Shown: positions 63,615-64,000 of the stretch, piece after piece
Numbering within the stretch: the stretch's first letter is position 1
Layout of the letters: each line of letters begins with the position of its first letter
Assembly (NCBI GenBank): GCA_000388065.2
Contig: KB932201.1
DNA: 64,000 nucleotides
From: Fonticula alba ATCC 38817
Taxonomy: Eukaryota > Protista > Nucleariida
Strand: one strand, 5' to 3'
The notes under the pieces: model-generated
Databases searched by the model: none
What the model was told of the DNA's origin: nothing
What the model saw: only the letters and a program-made list of their open reading frames with translations
Made by a program: the position numbers and the translations under genes

Positions 63615-64000
63615 TGGGGGAGCAGACACGCCCCGCCTGCGCCGTGCTCCCCCCCCCCCCCCCCACTGGTCGCTGCGGTGTGCCCCTCCGCGCCTCTCTT
63701 TTTGATTGCGCCCGCGCGCCGGGGCAGGCGCACAATGCGCGATGGAGATCCCGCTAGACCGAGGCACGGTGGTTGTTTGCATCAGAGATTGCCCCGCCCG
63801 TCGGCCGCACACCGGCCGCTGCTCCTGCTGCGCGTCGCCGCTCCTGATCTCCCTTTTTTTCTTCGGGCCCGGCCGTGCACGCAGGCATGCATGCATGCTC
63901 TCCTCCCCTTGTGGCGATGCTGCTCTGTCTTTCTCTGTGTCTCTCTTCCTCCCAGTCCTTGTATTTCTCCCTCTCCGCATCTTTCTCCTTCAGATCCCCA

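Overview
GC-rich, intron-rich eukaryotic genomic DNA from a draft assembly with 10 N-gaps. I infer an early-branching opisthokont on the fungal side; the style resembles a Fonticula/nucleariid amoeba, but that cannot be verified here. I reconstructed 15 protein-coding genes by hand from GT-AG boundaries and family motifs, in order: NDR/Cbk1 kinase (+), an orphan membrane protein (-), MPDU1 (+), RasGEF (+), USP8/Doa4-like deubiquitinase (-), HROB/MCM8IP (-), BIG/Sec7 ArfGEF (-), RUVBL2 (-), mitochondrial bL9 (+), DPH7 (-), TBC RabGAP (+), Brl1/Brr6 (+), proteinase K-type subtilisin (-), a giant SREBP-like bHLH membrane transcription factor (+) and EBP sterol isomerase (+). No tRNA, rRNA, CRISPR or transposon feature could be supported. 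Main observations: (1) SREBP lies directly upstream of a cholesterol-pathway-type EBP and head-to-head with a subtilisin, a possible sterol regulator-target microcluster; (2) about 46 of 51 reconstructed splice donors have C or T at +4 instead of A; (3) an Illumina adapter plus an 80-bp duplication falsely breaks the RasGEF; (4) both HROB and Brl1/Brr6 are present; (5) two genes have an ATG-only first coding exon; (6) poly-C tracts lie mostly on the sense strand upstream of genes. Exon coordinates are manual and may be off by a few nt.
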